Under the pieces are notes generated by a model, which saw nothing but the letters and a program-made list of their open reading frames with translations, was not told the DNA's origin and did no database searches. DNA of 64,000 bases from Eutreptiella sp. 'Long Island Sound 2002'. Taxonomy: Eukaryota > Protista > Euglenida. How positions within the stretch are numbered: position 1 is the first letter of the stretch; each line of letters begins with the position of its first letter. Below are positions 38,469 through 50,824 of the stretch, piece after piece. A program made the position numbers and the translations under genes. The stretch covers positions 181,226,001 to 181,290,000 of the forward strand of contig OZ038378.1 in the NCBI GenBank assembly GCA_964036045.1, written 5' to 3'.

Positions 38469-38873
38469 TTAGCCATTCCCGCAATAGGATCGCAAAATCC
38501 CCATGCAGTGTAGTCGGTGCCAACAAAGTTTGTTGATAGGGCTGGAAACTGATTTTTTCGAACAACCCAGTGGTGCATTGCTTTGTAAAATTTGCCGTGC
38601 CGTTCCAAATGACATGTCCAATGAACTGCGCGCTGAGTTTGAATTTGTCACATTGTCGTTTGCCATTCTTTGAGTTGGAATGTGCAGCTTTAAGCGTGTC
38701 TTCATCATTTTTTTTGGCTGGTTCCTGGTTCTTTGCCTCGTGCCACGCCGTCCTTTTTTGAAAGATGATGAGTGTGACGTGAGTACTTTGCTTTTATTTG
38801 CTATGCTTTGAATTCCAATGCGCTTTGAAACTATTCTCTTCGCTTTTTTTTGTTTTGTTAGCTCTTCACGCAT
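38469..38873 (-). pseudogene. Possible Tc1/mariner transposase N-terminal (HTH) fragment
   Basis: Basic N-terminus, then SARSSLDMSFGTARQIL (HTH-like) and KKSVSSPINKLCWHRL; no DDE region. Confidence 0.3.
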
Positions 38874-39921
38874 GCCAATAACAAGGCAAAAAAAAAATGC
38901 ACCTTGTGTTCTCCATTAAACAATTTTTTTTTAAGATGAATTGATGGATCCATGTTGCGCACCTTGCTTAAACATTGAACACTTTTTTTTTTAAAATAAA
39001 TGGTCGGATCCTTTCTTTATTTCTTAGTTGCACGTCACACTAGGTCGCCAGGTGCGCATTGAACGATTTTTGGTAAACAGACGATCGGTGGATCATTTCT
39101 TTGCTTTGTGGTTGCATGTCACAATACGTCACCGGGTGCGCTTTGAACAATTTTTTGTTGAAGATGTATTATTTCTTTGCTTCTTAAATGCATGTCACAC
39201 TTCAACGCTTTGAAGGTGCCTTGGTTCATCGTTTCTTTGCCTCTTAGGTGCATGTCACATTACGTTCCATGACTTTGCTTTGCATGTGCCTACCTTCTTT
39301 GTGTTTGCATGTTTCCATGTTGTGCACCAACCCTAGGTTCTCGAGTCCCTTGGCGTGTCTTGATTAGCTCCGAGGGGTATCCTACATCGTGCAGGTTGGT
39401 GGTCCGGTAAAACCGCGGATCACGGGGTAGGCAGACGGGGGGGGGAGGGTTATGGGGAGGTGATCCGTGATCCCTGGTTCAAACCAAGGGGCGAGGGGTT
39501 GTGGACCTTGGCGGATCAGTGATCCGTGGACCACCTATTGCACAATGGTGTGGTGGAAGATGCAACGACAAAGGACCCGTACACACACACGAGAAAGGTA
39601 GAACGAAGCACACACAAGTGGCGAGGGAATATTTGGAAGGGGAAGGTGGATGCACAAACATCACCCGGACCCAATGCCCCGCGTGACAGCAGTACCTTCC
39701 CGCCTCATGTGCTAGATGCGACAGATGGATATTTCGCGTTTTTTTTCATGCAAAATTTCCTTACATGTGGCGTCAAAATGCGCTCTCTAATTTAAAATTC
39801 CTCATGTGGTGTTTGCTTCCGGGCCATCCAGCGTTCACCCCCGAGAGCATGTGTCCGGCCATTCTATGATATTCCATTCACAAGAGCGTCCTTGCCACAT
39901 TGTATTGCCACATTAGAGCTA

Positions 39922-40185
39922 ATGGACCAATGGTACTTCTTCCTGTTCACAATTCGGGGTATTCCCCTCCGGGCACATATGCTTTTGCCGGTTCTTTGGG
40001 TTTTCACAGCCTTGCGCCTCTTCGATCTCGGGGGTTGGTCGAAGGGCCGCGTGGTCACGATGCTGTACAACGGCATCCTTTATGGCCCTGTACTGTGGAG
40101 CACTGTCCTTGTCCACGAGCTTGGGCACGCCTTTGTGGCGTTGTGGCTTGGCTTTGATGTCACCTTCTCCTTTGGCCCTTGGGAG
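39922..40185 (+). pseudogene. First exon of an M50 (site-2/SpoIVFB-like) zinc metalloprotease, with a frameshift
   Basis: MDQWYFFLFTIRGIPLRAHMLLP...STVLVHELGHAFVALWLG, with HELGH at 40114-40128. The expected LWPLGG motif lies in the -1 frame (ctt tgg ccc ttg gga g|gt). GT at 40186. No downstream exons recognised. Confidence 0.75.
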
Positions 40186-41133
40186 GTATCTCCTGCGCGT
40201 TATGTATGCCCTTGGCTTATGTGTGTCCTCTGTGTGCTCTCTCTTTGCATTATGTGCCCTCTTGTGCCGTACCGCATGTGCGTGCCTTGCGCATGCCCCT
40301 TGTGGAAAGGTACCTAATGCCACAGCAACCGGGAGCTTTTCCGTGGAACAAAGCAAGCCCATCGCATGGCCTTTAGCACTCGTGCACAATCAATAGAAAC
40401 TTGAAGATCCAAGATCCTCTTTCGGCGAACCATATTGTAGGGAAGAGAATTCCCGGCGAACACCCCCGGATTGGTGTGTTTTTGGGGCCAGAAGTTTCCG
40501 TTTGGCAATGGGGCGTGCCCGGGGGATCAGGCGGTTGGCGGGCGAAGCCACGGACCTTTCTCCCTGAGGGTCTCCAAAAAATGGGATTACCCTGGCTCTG
40601 GCTCTGTGGTCGTGTTTTGACCTTGCAATGCTGAGGGGTGATGCACCTCATGAACCAAAGGCTTGCATAAACAAAGGGCACATGCAAGGTATGTACACAA
40701 GGCATATGAAGCGCAAATGCAAGGCATGTACAGCACAAATCCAAGCCACACAAAGGGCATCCACAATGCATGGCGTGCGCAGGGCAGACCGCAACAACTG
40801 ACAGTTCGGGAAGGCACCAAGGTGCATACACCGCCAGGTGCACGCACCGTGGCGGAAGCAAGTCGGGCACTGCCAACAACGCCCCCAGCCCGCACCGCCT
40901 TCCAAGTTCAATGCTGTAGAGCACCCTCCAAACTTCCTGGGATTTGTACATATAGCTTGTCAGCGTCCGTATGGGAAGCCGCAGGTAGTAATTGGCGAAG
41001 CGGGTGCCCACACGAGAAGTGGAGATATTCCTCCGAGAAGCGATAGCGCCAATGAACCAATTTGCACGTGTTCGCCGGAAGTTTTCTTCATTTTCATTGA
41101 ACATTTCATTTCCCGGCGCGCGGGTGTGTTTTG

Positions 41134-41238
41134 GCAGTGCAAAGTGTCCCCATGCCGGGAAACGGATGTGGGTTTAGCAGTGCAAAGTGTCCCCATCCCG
41201 GGAGATGGGCACGTTTTTGGCAGTGCAAAGTGTCCCCA
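41134..41238. repeat. 43-bp degenerate minisatellite x3
   Basis: GCAGTGCAAAGTGTCCCCA at 41134, 41177 and 41220; intervening 24-mers resemble each other. Confidence 0.85.
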
Positions 41239-41529
41239 AATCACGAAGTAGCGCTCCCACTGGAAGTTGCATGCCGTGCTCTTCCATTTGCAATCACCAC
41301 GGGCCCTGCCCCTGGAGAGGCCTTGGGTTAAGCGGCAACACCCGAGACCCAAGGATTTCAGACCTGATGTTAACATGCAACCCGCTGAGGCCCTAACAGG
41401 AGACCCTGGTCTTGTAGGATGAACCGTAAAGGTCAAACAAGCAAAGCCAATAGGCACATCTTTGCAAAATTTTGCATCCGCAGAAAAACACACGACTTAA
41501 AGAAACGCAGCCAGCGTCAACGGAGCCTT

Positions 41530-43090
41530 CCGCTCTGGGCACGGTTGTGGGGCCTCCGCGTATTTGCGGTTGATGGCGCCCAAGGCCTCCCGCAGCAGCC
41601 CGTCCATCTCACGGACGTTCGCCGTCGCGGTGCCGTCCGGTCAGGCCAGGAACCGGGGGTGCTAAGGAGTCGTCCAGCAGCCAGCGTTACACCGCCCCTG
41701 GCCGCGTGCCCCACTCCCGGGCTAGCCACACCCGCCACGCCTCGCGCCGCTCCTTCCCTTCCCGGCGGGTCTGTGTTGCAATTTGCTGCTGCAGCAGGCG
41801 CTGCAGCTCTTTGAGCTCTCCCTGGGCCGGTATCCGCGGGCCCCCTCCCCAATCCGGGGTCATCGATGGTCCCGGCAGCTGCGACCCCGTCCAAGCGTTT
41901 CCGTAGCGCCCACCAGCTGCGCTCCTCGCCCACGGACAGGACCCGTGGCCCCCATGGCGCATCGCAAGATCCCCGGATCACGGTCCGCAGGGCTCCCAGT
42001 GCTGCTTGGAGGCGGGCCAACGGGGCCGTCGCTGCGGCACCTGACACGCAGCGCTGCCGCGGGCACAAGGTGACGCGCTTTAGTAGCCGCCGGGTTCCCC
42101 GCCCTCGCTGTATCTCCACCAACGCTCGCGGCAGCGGGCTGGCCCGGTCCACGGGCCCTGGGTCCATCAGTGCCTCCTTGGACAATGCGAGCACGGACTC
42201 TTCCGCCACCCACGTCAAAAAAGCCCACAGCTCATCCACCCGCCGGGCCGCCGGCAACGTCTTCCATTTGCCCTGGTACAGGGGGGGGGGGGGATTTAGT
42301 ACGGGAAAATTTTTGCCCGGAAAAATTCCGCGCGGGAAAAATTCCCCCACAATCGTTAAAAGTGATGGGAAAAATTGCGCCACACTTTTCCATGGTGAAG
42401 GGCAAGGCCTAAGGTCGGCTCTCCTTACTTAGGGGGACGTCTTCATCCACGTACCGGGCTGCAGCTGCCTTTGCCGAACAGCGACCTACAGAGAACACAG
42501 TGTCAGTTGACACTGCGCTCACTATTAACTGGCAACTACATGTGGTAGGCAGCCTGAAGTGCCCTGAAGGATAGAGCCCTGTGTTGATTGCAACGGTATT
42601 CACAGCAGCCAAGCAGACAACACAGACTCGAACCAGACCATCCATCCACATGACGTATTTAATTCTGCACCCCCCTCCCCCGATCACACCCCCCCAGCAC
42701 AGGGTACAAATTTTGAACTTGATGTCCAAAGAAAAGCATGGGAAAAATTCCACCACAATCGTTAAAAATGATGGGGAAAATTGCGCCAGAATTGGGCGTA
42801 CTAAATTTTTCCAAACAGATTTCTTCAGCTCCCCCTCCCCCCCCCCGTACGGGGACAGCGGCGCTTCGCCCAGCGCGTGCTGCAGGTCCAGCTCCCTCTC
42901 CGGCAGAATGACTTGCGGGGGCCGTACCGCCTGCAGCACCTCCTGGCTGGCCACCTCCACCGCTAGGTTGAAGCACACCGGCCGGTGCCCCGGAATCCCC
43001 TCGCTGGGGATGCATTCCACCCGCAGCACGGTGGACGCGGTGCGGGGACAACGCGTGGGGAGAGACAACTTGCAACCCGACAAAGGTAGA
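41530..43090 (-). mobile_element. GC-rich non-LTR retrotransposon, endonuclease C-terminus and EN-RT linker
   Basis: GIPGHRPVCFNL (end of APE-like domain)...APLSPY|QGKWKTLPAARRVDELW...PDGTATANVREMDGLLREALGAINRKYAEAPQPCPE. Same composition and strand as 34275-38395. Interrupted by a MITE. Confidence 0.75.
42279..42847. mobile_element. 569-bp G/C-capped MITE inserted at GTAC (TA or GTAC TSD)
   Basis: ggTA|cag(g)13atttagtacg ... cgtactaaat...(c)ng|TAc. Removing it restores the LINE frame (PLSPYQGKWK). A ~55-bp direct repeat lies near each end. Confidence 0.85.
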
Positions 43091-43299
43091 ACCGGTGTGT
43101 GCGTGCGTGCGTGCGTGTGTGTGTGTGCATTTGTGTGTGTGTGTGTGTGTGCCATGACACGGGACATGAGACACATGACGCTGGCCCTTGGCATGTATGC
43201 TTGCACCTTTGGTTGGCCTCCCATCCACTCACTAAGCCGATCAGGTTGAGCAACACCGACTTGCCCCCTGTGGGTATTGGGTCCTGCAAAGTGGCCTCA

Positions 43300-43660
43300 A
43301 GTCTGCCCTAGGGGGTGAGTAAGTGACTGCTTGTTGATCACAATAGGCCTTGTAGACTGCCTTATCTAGAAAAGTGTGCAGGTCATGGCGGTGGAAGCCC
43401 AATACCACAAATGCTGGTGTGGGGACTGTCACATCAACCAAAAAACCTACTCGGTGTGGACGAGACGGGTGTTCCACAACACCCTTGGCAACCAAATTGA
43501 CCGCATCTAGAACCACATCCAAAAATGTGCCCTGTTGGTGTGAATAGAGGTGATCCGGGTGTCGAAGACCCTCCATAGGCCGTTGAGAACTTCGAAAAAG
43601 TTTCTACACCAACCCTAGCTTCTGTGAAGCCAGAGAATCTGACTGTAAAGCAGCTGAACT
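43300..43660 (-). pseudogene. Degenerate RT fragment related to the 21071-23670 family
   Basis: EGLRHPDHLYS (motif B-like) and GFLVD...HRHDLHTFLD resemble VFSDD...HHDLHKF. Confidence 0.35.
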
Positions 43661-46443
43661 CACATGGCAAGATCCCACTAGCCACACCATAGTGGTGGTG
43701 GCACGGTACTTCACCGTTTGCCCCTGGAGGAGGCTTGGCTGTTGTTGCCCGCACTAGGGCACAAGGCCTGGAGTGTTGGAAGACCCTACCACCACATGGC
43801 TGACGAGCGAGGGCGATCAGCCGTGGCTGTTTGTCAACGTGCGCCTATAGCCAACCAATGCCAGTGCCACCACAAATGCCCCAGTGAATCTTGGGATGGT
43901 TTTGCAGTTGCTACATGGTGTGCCCTTGCCCTAACGCCACTACTCTGCCACCGACGACGTCTCAATCAGCTGGAAGACTTTTTCATTCATTGTTCTTTCG
44001 GTTGGGTACAGAGTCAAGCAGCCTTCCCTGTGCCGTGCGTTGTGCCTAGTTTGCTGTTGGCTGTGGGTCTGTGAGCAGCAAACATTTGTGGCGGCGTTCC
44101 GCCACTTCTTCGCTTCAGGGGTAGGATGGGGGGGGTCCCGTTGGCCAGGTGTGCAAGGAGCCTGGATGGTAGCGGTGGATGGCGCGCACCGGTGGACTGG
44201 TGCATGCAGACAAACGGAGGACGGCTGATGATTATGGCCCTCTAGGCCCCGCAAATCCGTTGTTGCCGCCTCTGGCACCCCCCCCCCCCCCTCGCCCAAT
44301 CCCGTGTTGGCATCCCTGGGGCACATAGCCCAGCTCACAATCCAAGGGTGACATATGAGTTTGTCATGCCCCTGGGGGAAGGCATACACTCAGGGTACCA
44401 CCCGACGCGGAGTCCTCATCATGCAGTAAGAGGTCTGCGCTTTACACTTATTTTCCTACTGGTGTCTACTAGTGTGGTGTGGTGCAGTGCAGTGTGGTGT
44501 GGTGTCATGTGGTGTGCCATGGTGTAGTGGGGGATGGGCTTGGGTGGGATTTAAAGGAACATTGTCAGGAGGAGTGTGCTATTACAGTCCAACGGTGCGA
44601 CCCCAGTGCGGGTGTGCAGGTGCAGGGCTTTTGTGCCAACGCAACCCATTCCCATTGTGAGGTTCAACTCGTACTTCCTGCATGGCACACGCGGCCACAG
44701 CAGCCAGGGCACACACCATTGCGGAGGCGGTAACATTTCGAATCCATTGACCCCATTCAAAATTACTTTGGCGAGGGACTGGAGCATTATTGGATCGCTG
44801 AAACCCTATACAAAGGCACATGTATGTCTTGCAGCATCAGCTTTTCGGTCCTGCATACTCCTGCGAGACTGGGACACTGGCTGTTTGCCAACGAAGCCAC
44901 AATAAAAATCCACATATCACCACCGCAGTAAGCCAATAAAAAAGCCAATGTGTTCACATGGAAGTGGGGTATTGCTTTTTTTTTTGCTAGTGAGGGTTCG
45001 TTGCATCTGCCGAAAAACAAACCAAAAAAAATCCTCAACAGCGGACCGCAAAGATATGCCTGTCGTGACACGCAACACTACCCTTCATACTACAGATCTC
45101 AGCTCAGAGCTCAGAGTCACAGCGCCCTTCTGAATCTTCAACTTGTCCACCGATCCTTTGTTTGGGACTCTATTCTATTGCAGAATTCCAGGTGTTGGAC
45201 AGGGCTGGTGATGCATGCATTCCCTTATTTGTCAGGAAAGTTACTGATTATACGACTGGGGCCTGGAGAAAAAGGGGTAGCTCAGCATGGCGCCAGCACA
45301 TTGATGTAAAGTGGGGCTGTGGTGTTCTCCATACCTCTCCACTGTAGCTGCGCCTAAAATAATAGTGCACAATGGGTGGTGCAATATTGGTTGGTTGGTA
45401 TTTAACCCAACGGGACACAGTCCGATATGTGCGCGCCATGGACCTCAGATGCTTTAACAGACTGAAATGTTAAAAAAAACATCCTCGTTTCGCCTGCAGC
45501 CGGCCTGGGACTTAAAAGGCGTGTGCCTGCATCAGCAATGCAGCACGTGTGTGAGGTGTGCGCATGGCTAGTTGGTCGTTGTGCGTAGTGAGGGATCAAT
45601 GAGAGTTGTTGAGCATTGATCAAAGTTTTCGAGGGCTGAGGAGCAGTGATTGTGTAGTGTTCTGCTAGGACTGTCGGGGTTTGTCGAGAATTGCAGAGCC
45701 TTGTGGTGTTGAGTGTGTTGTGGCAGGGGTTTGGAGAGTGTGTTGGGATTCGCAGGTTCCTCTAACTGGCAATGCAAACCTCTTAACCCTCAGTAACCCT
45801 GGACCCTGAGCAGCCCTCCACCCTCTCATGTAACTATCCACATGCACAGCCCTGAACCGTCCTCCAACCAATTGTGAATCTGTTGAAGACTTGTAAGTGC
45901 GCTGCTGGCCCGTTTTTGCCACTTCTGCAGTTTTGATGTTTAGCGTTTAGGCGACTGCAGCTCCTGTTGCAGCCCTTGAACAAACAATCCTCAACAGCTT
46001 CAACGAACTACCTAAACTCTCAACCCGGATCACACCCCTCTGCTTGGCATGGGGGTGATAAAAAAACATTCATGCCCCAAGTGCATACCCACCTCCAACA
46101 ACATCAACAACACTTCTATCAGCACCAGGCACAACCACCGCTCTTCTCCATCTCCCCGATCAGTCTTCTGCTTAAGGTGGGGTGTCGCCTCGTTTCGGGA
46201 GTGGATGGTGAGGCGGGAGGTTTGGCTTAAGTTCCAGCCACAGACCCCTGTTCCCTGCATCCATTTTGGATGTCCCGCGATGTGTCGTGGAGGGTGGTAA
46301 CACTCCGTGGGGAGGCTTGTGTAGGATTGTGGGGAGCGTAGAGGGCTGGAAAGGTCGCAGGAGCTTGTGAACCAGAAAAGCCCTTGGGCCAGTTGCATGT
46401 GGAAGGCAAGGGCTCGGTGGTAAAACCCTCTACCTGTGCAGCA

Positions 46444-46530
46444 CTCCACAACCGCAACCCTCCACTACCCTCCACCACACTCCACAACCCTCCACTACCC
46501 TCCACAACACTCCACCACACTCCACAACCC
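46444..46530. repeat. Degenerate 10-bp (CTCCACAACC-like) minisatellite
   Basis: ctccacaacc / ctccactacc / ctccaccaca units. Confidence 0.8.
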
Positions 46531-49500
46531 TGCAAAGTTTTCGAGGGGCGGCGCAAAACAGGAGGCGCAATATTAAAAAAAGTGAGCGATGCCTGAATGC
46601 CCTCGTTTTGGCATTGTATTTGAAGGGATGTGGGTTGTGGAAGTCCAGAGAAAAGGCACAGCAAGCATGCACGCCACTTCTTGTTCCCAATCTTGCACGG
46701 GGGCGTGAGTGGTCCATGAGTGTTGGGAATGGGACGGGGCAGCATCCAACCTCAGCCAATTTCATGGAAAAATAGTTCTTCACTGCGTCAGAAATCTTTG
46801 GGACTTCATTCATGATATCCTGAAGACATTCATGCCGTGTGGATTTCCACCCCAAGTGGTGTAGGAACAACTCTTCAAAAAAAATTTGTAGTGACCCCTA
46901 CGGCAAAGGGTGCATAGTCTTGGAGATTTTGACCCGACCCGCTTGGGTGCCTGCTTGGCATCGCTGCCCCAGACCACCCGGCTTAGCGCAAGGAGGGGAG
47001 GGCTCCGCCTCCGGGCAGGCGACCTACCCAGCCTGCTGCGGAAGGCCAACGGGTGGGCGCACACACGCCTCGTGCAATGGCTTGACAACGTAGCGGGTTG
47101 GCTGCACCCGCTCTTGCCAGGTGTGCACCTCTTGGTCGCTGATCAGGTCACGGGACGTCACTTGGCCTAGGTCGTTGGGCAGATGCAGTCCATCCGTTTG
47201 CATGAAGCCTTATGATACTTCCCTTCGCATGCGCCCTTGTATCCTGTGCCTTTGCAAGTGCGGGCGCTGGCTGTCCAGGGACAACACAGCCTCCGGTGGT
47301 GGAGGCGAATGGGTACTTTTGGGGGTGACCATAATAGGACCCAAAGGTGACCCGTCACCGTATCCTAGCACGTACATTGCTCACGTTGCACCACTCCGTG
47401 GTGCCAATGAGGCATTGAAGGGTGTTTACCGCGTGGGTGCTCAAACAAGTCATCTTTGACCCCATATTAGCAGATGCAAGTACCCAAAAATCCTTGAAAT
47501 GGACAATTTTGGGGCCGACAGTTCAGTGCAACGGGGTCCTGGGGAATGCGGCGGGTGGGGGTGGGGGCCTCTCTCTCGAGCGAGCGAGGAAGGGTTAGGG
47601 GGGGGAACGGGAGGGGTTCGGGGGGAGTGTTGGGGGCATGTCTCTCGAGGAAGTGAAGTGAGCGAGGAAGGGTTTTTGGGAGGGATACTAGAAGGGGGGT
47701 GGGGGTGCTTGGGGGGCATGTCTCTTCGGCTGCCAAAGCGAGTGAGGAAGGGGTTCGGTGGGGGTATAGAGGTGGGCAGTGGCCCAAATCCTTCTTTTTG
47801 TCCCTCAACATGTGTCCTTATTCGGCCCCTTTTACACGTGTACTTGATGTTCGGTGGTGATTAGGGTAGGAAATGCGTCGTCATGGAGTTGAGCGATCGC
47901 AGCTTGGGTTCAAAGGGAATTTGTCGAGGGCCGTGCCCGCGTGGTTAAGCACCCCCTTCGGCTCTAGATATAGGTTGAGAATGGCACCGGCAAGAGGGGG
48001 CACCCCACAAAACTGCAAAGGTGCCATCGTTTTCTCTTGTGGGTGTTTGTGCCAGGAGCTTTGTCCTAGCTTTTGATTGGCATCCGTGTTTTCTTGTTTC
48101 TCTGTGTTGGCATTTGTGTGCTCGGCTTGCAAGTGATCCCTTCATCATTATTCATCACCACAAGGGTGCCCAATGCAACCCATGGCGGTCAAAGACAACA
48201 CAGGTTGGTGCAACTCAAAAGAGTGTGCAAAAAGGGTGCTTTTCAAGGCTAATTTTGCGGTATTTTGGGCCCCAAAACAGGTCGTTGAGCCCACGACTTG
48301 GGTGCAAAACCCACTAGGATGTGATCAAAGGCGTTTGTTCATCATCTCGGTTGGTTCCAATGCAAAGGGCCACCTCCAAGGACATGCTAGGCACCCAAAC
48401 TGCCCAAAAAGGAGCTTTTTTTGGGCCACTTTGGACAAATTTTGAAACCTAGGACCGCCCTTGCGACATGTGTTCTCAGCCACCACCGTTGAGTTTCTTG
48501 CTCAAACTTAGAGAGATCGAACTTCACACCCATATCCAACCGCAGGGTGTTTTTGGTTGGGAATACCAAAGACCGCGCAGGAGGGGAAAAGAAATGGTTT
48601 GTGATAACAAGCATGGGGGTGCCCGTTGCCTCTCGCACATTGCCTCCCATTCCATACCACCCAGCACCGTACACTCCATAAACTAGCTTGTGTGGGTTCC
48701 TCACCTCAAACTCAAGGCCTTCATTACCTTCCTTACACCACGAGGTGTCCATATGAACACTTGTTGTCCAAGCGAGGGTGCAAAACGCAAATAGCAATGC
48801 TCATTGAGAAACCACCATGTGAGTTAGTGCAAAGGGAATCAATCATATGGATGGTTGAACAATTCCTTGTGTGGATGTCCTGCTCATGTATTTATGTATG
48901 CTCATTTACACATGTATTTAATCCAGTATTCGGATGGGCCGAACCACAAGATCCACCAACGCACTACCGTCACGGTAGCGGGAGCAATTGCTGAACGAGA
49001 CTGAACAAGACACGGCCACTGCTCATGGCACTAGATGGGGAGGAGAGGATATGCACCACACGATGGCAATAGCTATACGGGACGAAGCACCAAGAGCACC
49101 TTTTTCAATTGAACATTCAAGAGACGAAAAAAAATAGACACTCAGAAAGACACATCCCCATCACCCTCGTCCACTTAGTGTACCCGTAATTACTACCATC
49201 CCGCTTGGCGTTCACCCGATTAGGGGGCCTTGCCCGCTAAGCAACAATTGCACGGTCATTTGGGGTGTAAAGTCAAACCCAATGTGCAAGCAAACTCCTT
49301 AGTGATGCATCCTCGGCTGCGGGACCATTTGGGGGACCAAAAACCCAGGCCAACAACTTCAGCTCGAACTTTCCACCTAACCAAAAAGAATCGAGGGGAA
49401 AATGCCGCCTTGAGGAACGAGGTCTTTCTCCGGGGGTGTAGCTGCTAAGAAGAAGCGCTAGCAAGCGGGCACAGTGAAAGACTTCATCAGTAGAATTCCA

Positions 49501-50002
49501 AAAGGCTGTACACAGCAGAGGACAGTGCACTGTGCGCACCAGGGACGGTTATCTCAGAAATTTGCTTTCAAACCACAGGCACCTGGCTGTCTCGTGCATA
49601 CACGCCCATGCCCTTTCTGTCTCTCACTCCCTATTCACACAAGACATGAACCGAGCAGGTCCACACTTCAGTGCGCACAGGTCTTCCCACCCTCATACTA
49701 AACCACCCTGTATCACATCAATTGGTGCCGCACCATGCCACTCGTGTCATATAGCTGGTCCGTGGGGCTGGCGCACAGCAGCCCTGCGAAAGCACACAGA
49801 GCTGGCAAGTCACCGGAAGAACAAATCAGACGACCAGAGATGCATGCTCTATTGCTTGACTCAATTCCGACCTAATGAGGAACTAATTGTTTGATACCTC
49901 CAGTTCCAAGAACCCGAGAGTAGGGGTGGCAGGGTTAGACGTTTTGCGATGCTCCACAATTCTCCATGGTTGTCGAGCTGAGGACCTCTTACTCTTGACA
50001 AT

Positions 50003-50824
50003 GGAGACTGGGCAATCCGATCCGTGGCGGATCGGAGGTCCGGGAAACCCCCCCCCCCCCAAGGATAGGCGCGGATCGTGGATCGGAGGTCCGGCAACCC
50101 CCCCCCCCCTTGTTGCCTAGGAGTGCGGATCAAAAATTTCAAAAACCACCAAAACCAGCCAAAACACATGGGTCGAAGGCATGGAAGGCATAGCAAGCAA
50201 ACACAACACCAAAACAACAACGACAAAATTGATCCCGTAGAAGGCGGGGTCATAATACTCATATCTATCTGACATGCCGAACCCGGAAGCACAAAGCAAA
50301 AAATGATCCACAAAAAGCTTGCAAAAAATTGTGCAAAGTGCATCTGGTGTTATGGAGTACTATGCAAAAACGATCCACACATGCTTCTTGAGGTAACATG
50401 TAACATCAACGCAAAAATTGATCCACGAAATGCTTATTAAAAATTGTACAAAGTGTAGTATGCAAGCACAAAGGCGAAAACGATCCACAAAATGCTTCTA
50501 AATAATTGTTCAAAGTGCATCTGCTATTATGGTGTAGAATGCAAGCACAAAGCAAAAAAATCATCCACACATGCTTCTTGACTGAAATTTGTGTTCCGAA
50601 TTTCTGTACCATGAACAATTTATGTTGCAAGTTCAGTCCAATTGGCAACCTGTCTCCTCACTATACCTTGACCGTGGTAATGGATCGGACCGTGGATCGT
50701 ACCATGGATCGTGGATAGAAGCTCAAGAAAACCCCCCTTGCCCCCCCCCCCCCCCTCCTCCAGGATCAGCGCAGATCGTGGATCGGAGCTCAAGAAACCC
50801 CCCCCCCCTTGCTGCCTAGTCTCC
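50003..50824. mobile_element. 822-bp non-autonomous TIR element, 3-bp TSD AAT (Harbinger/Tourist-like)
   Basis: AAT|GGAGACTGGGCA ... TGCCTAGTCTCC|AAT. GATCC-rich subterminal blocks and internal GATCCAC repeats. A related GATCC block occurs at ~39400-39540. Confidence 0.7.

Noticed and set aside
41134-41238. CRISPR-like 19-bp repeats at exact 43-bp spacing
   Set aside because: Spacers are homologous to each other, there are no cas genes, and the context is eukaryotic
46900-47460. Protein-like stretch (HLLVADQVTG; GDPSPYPSTY) as M50 exon 2 or LINE endonuclease
   Set aside because: No M50 AGP or NxxPxxxLDG motif; endonuclease resemblance too weak to call
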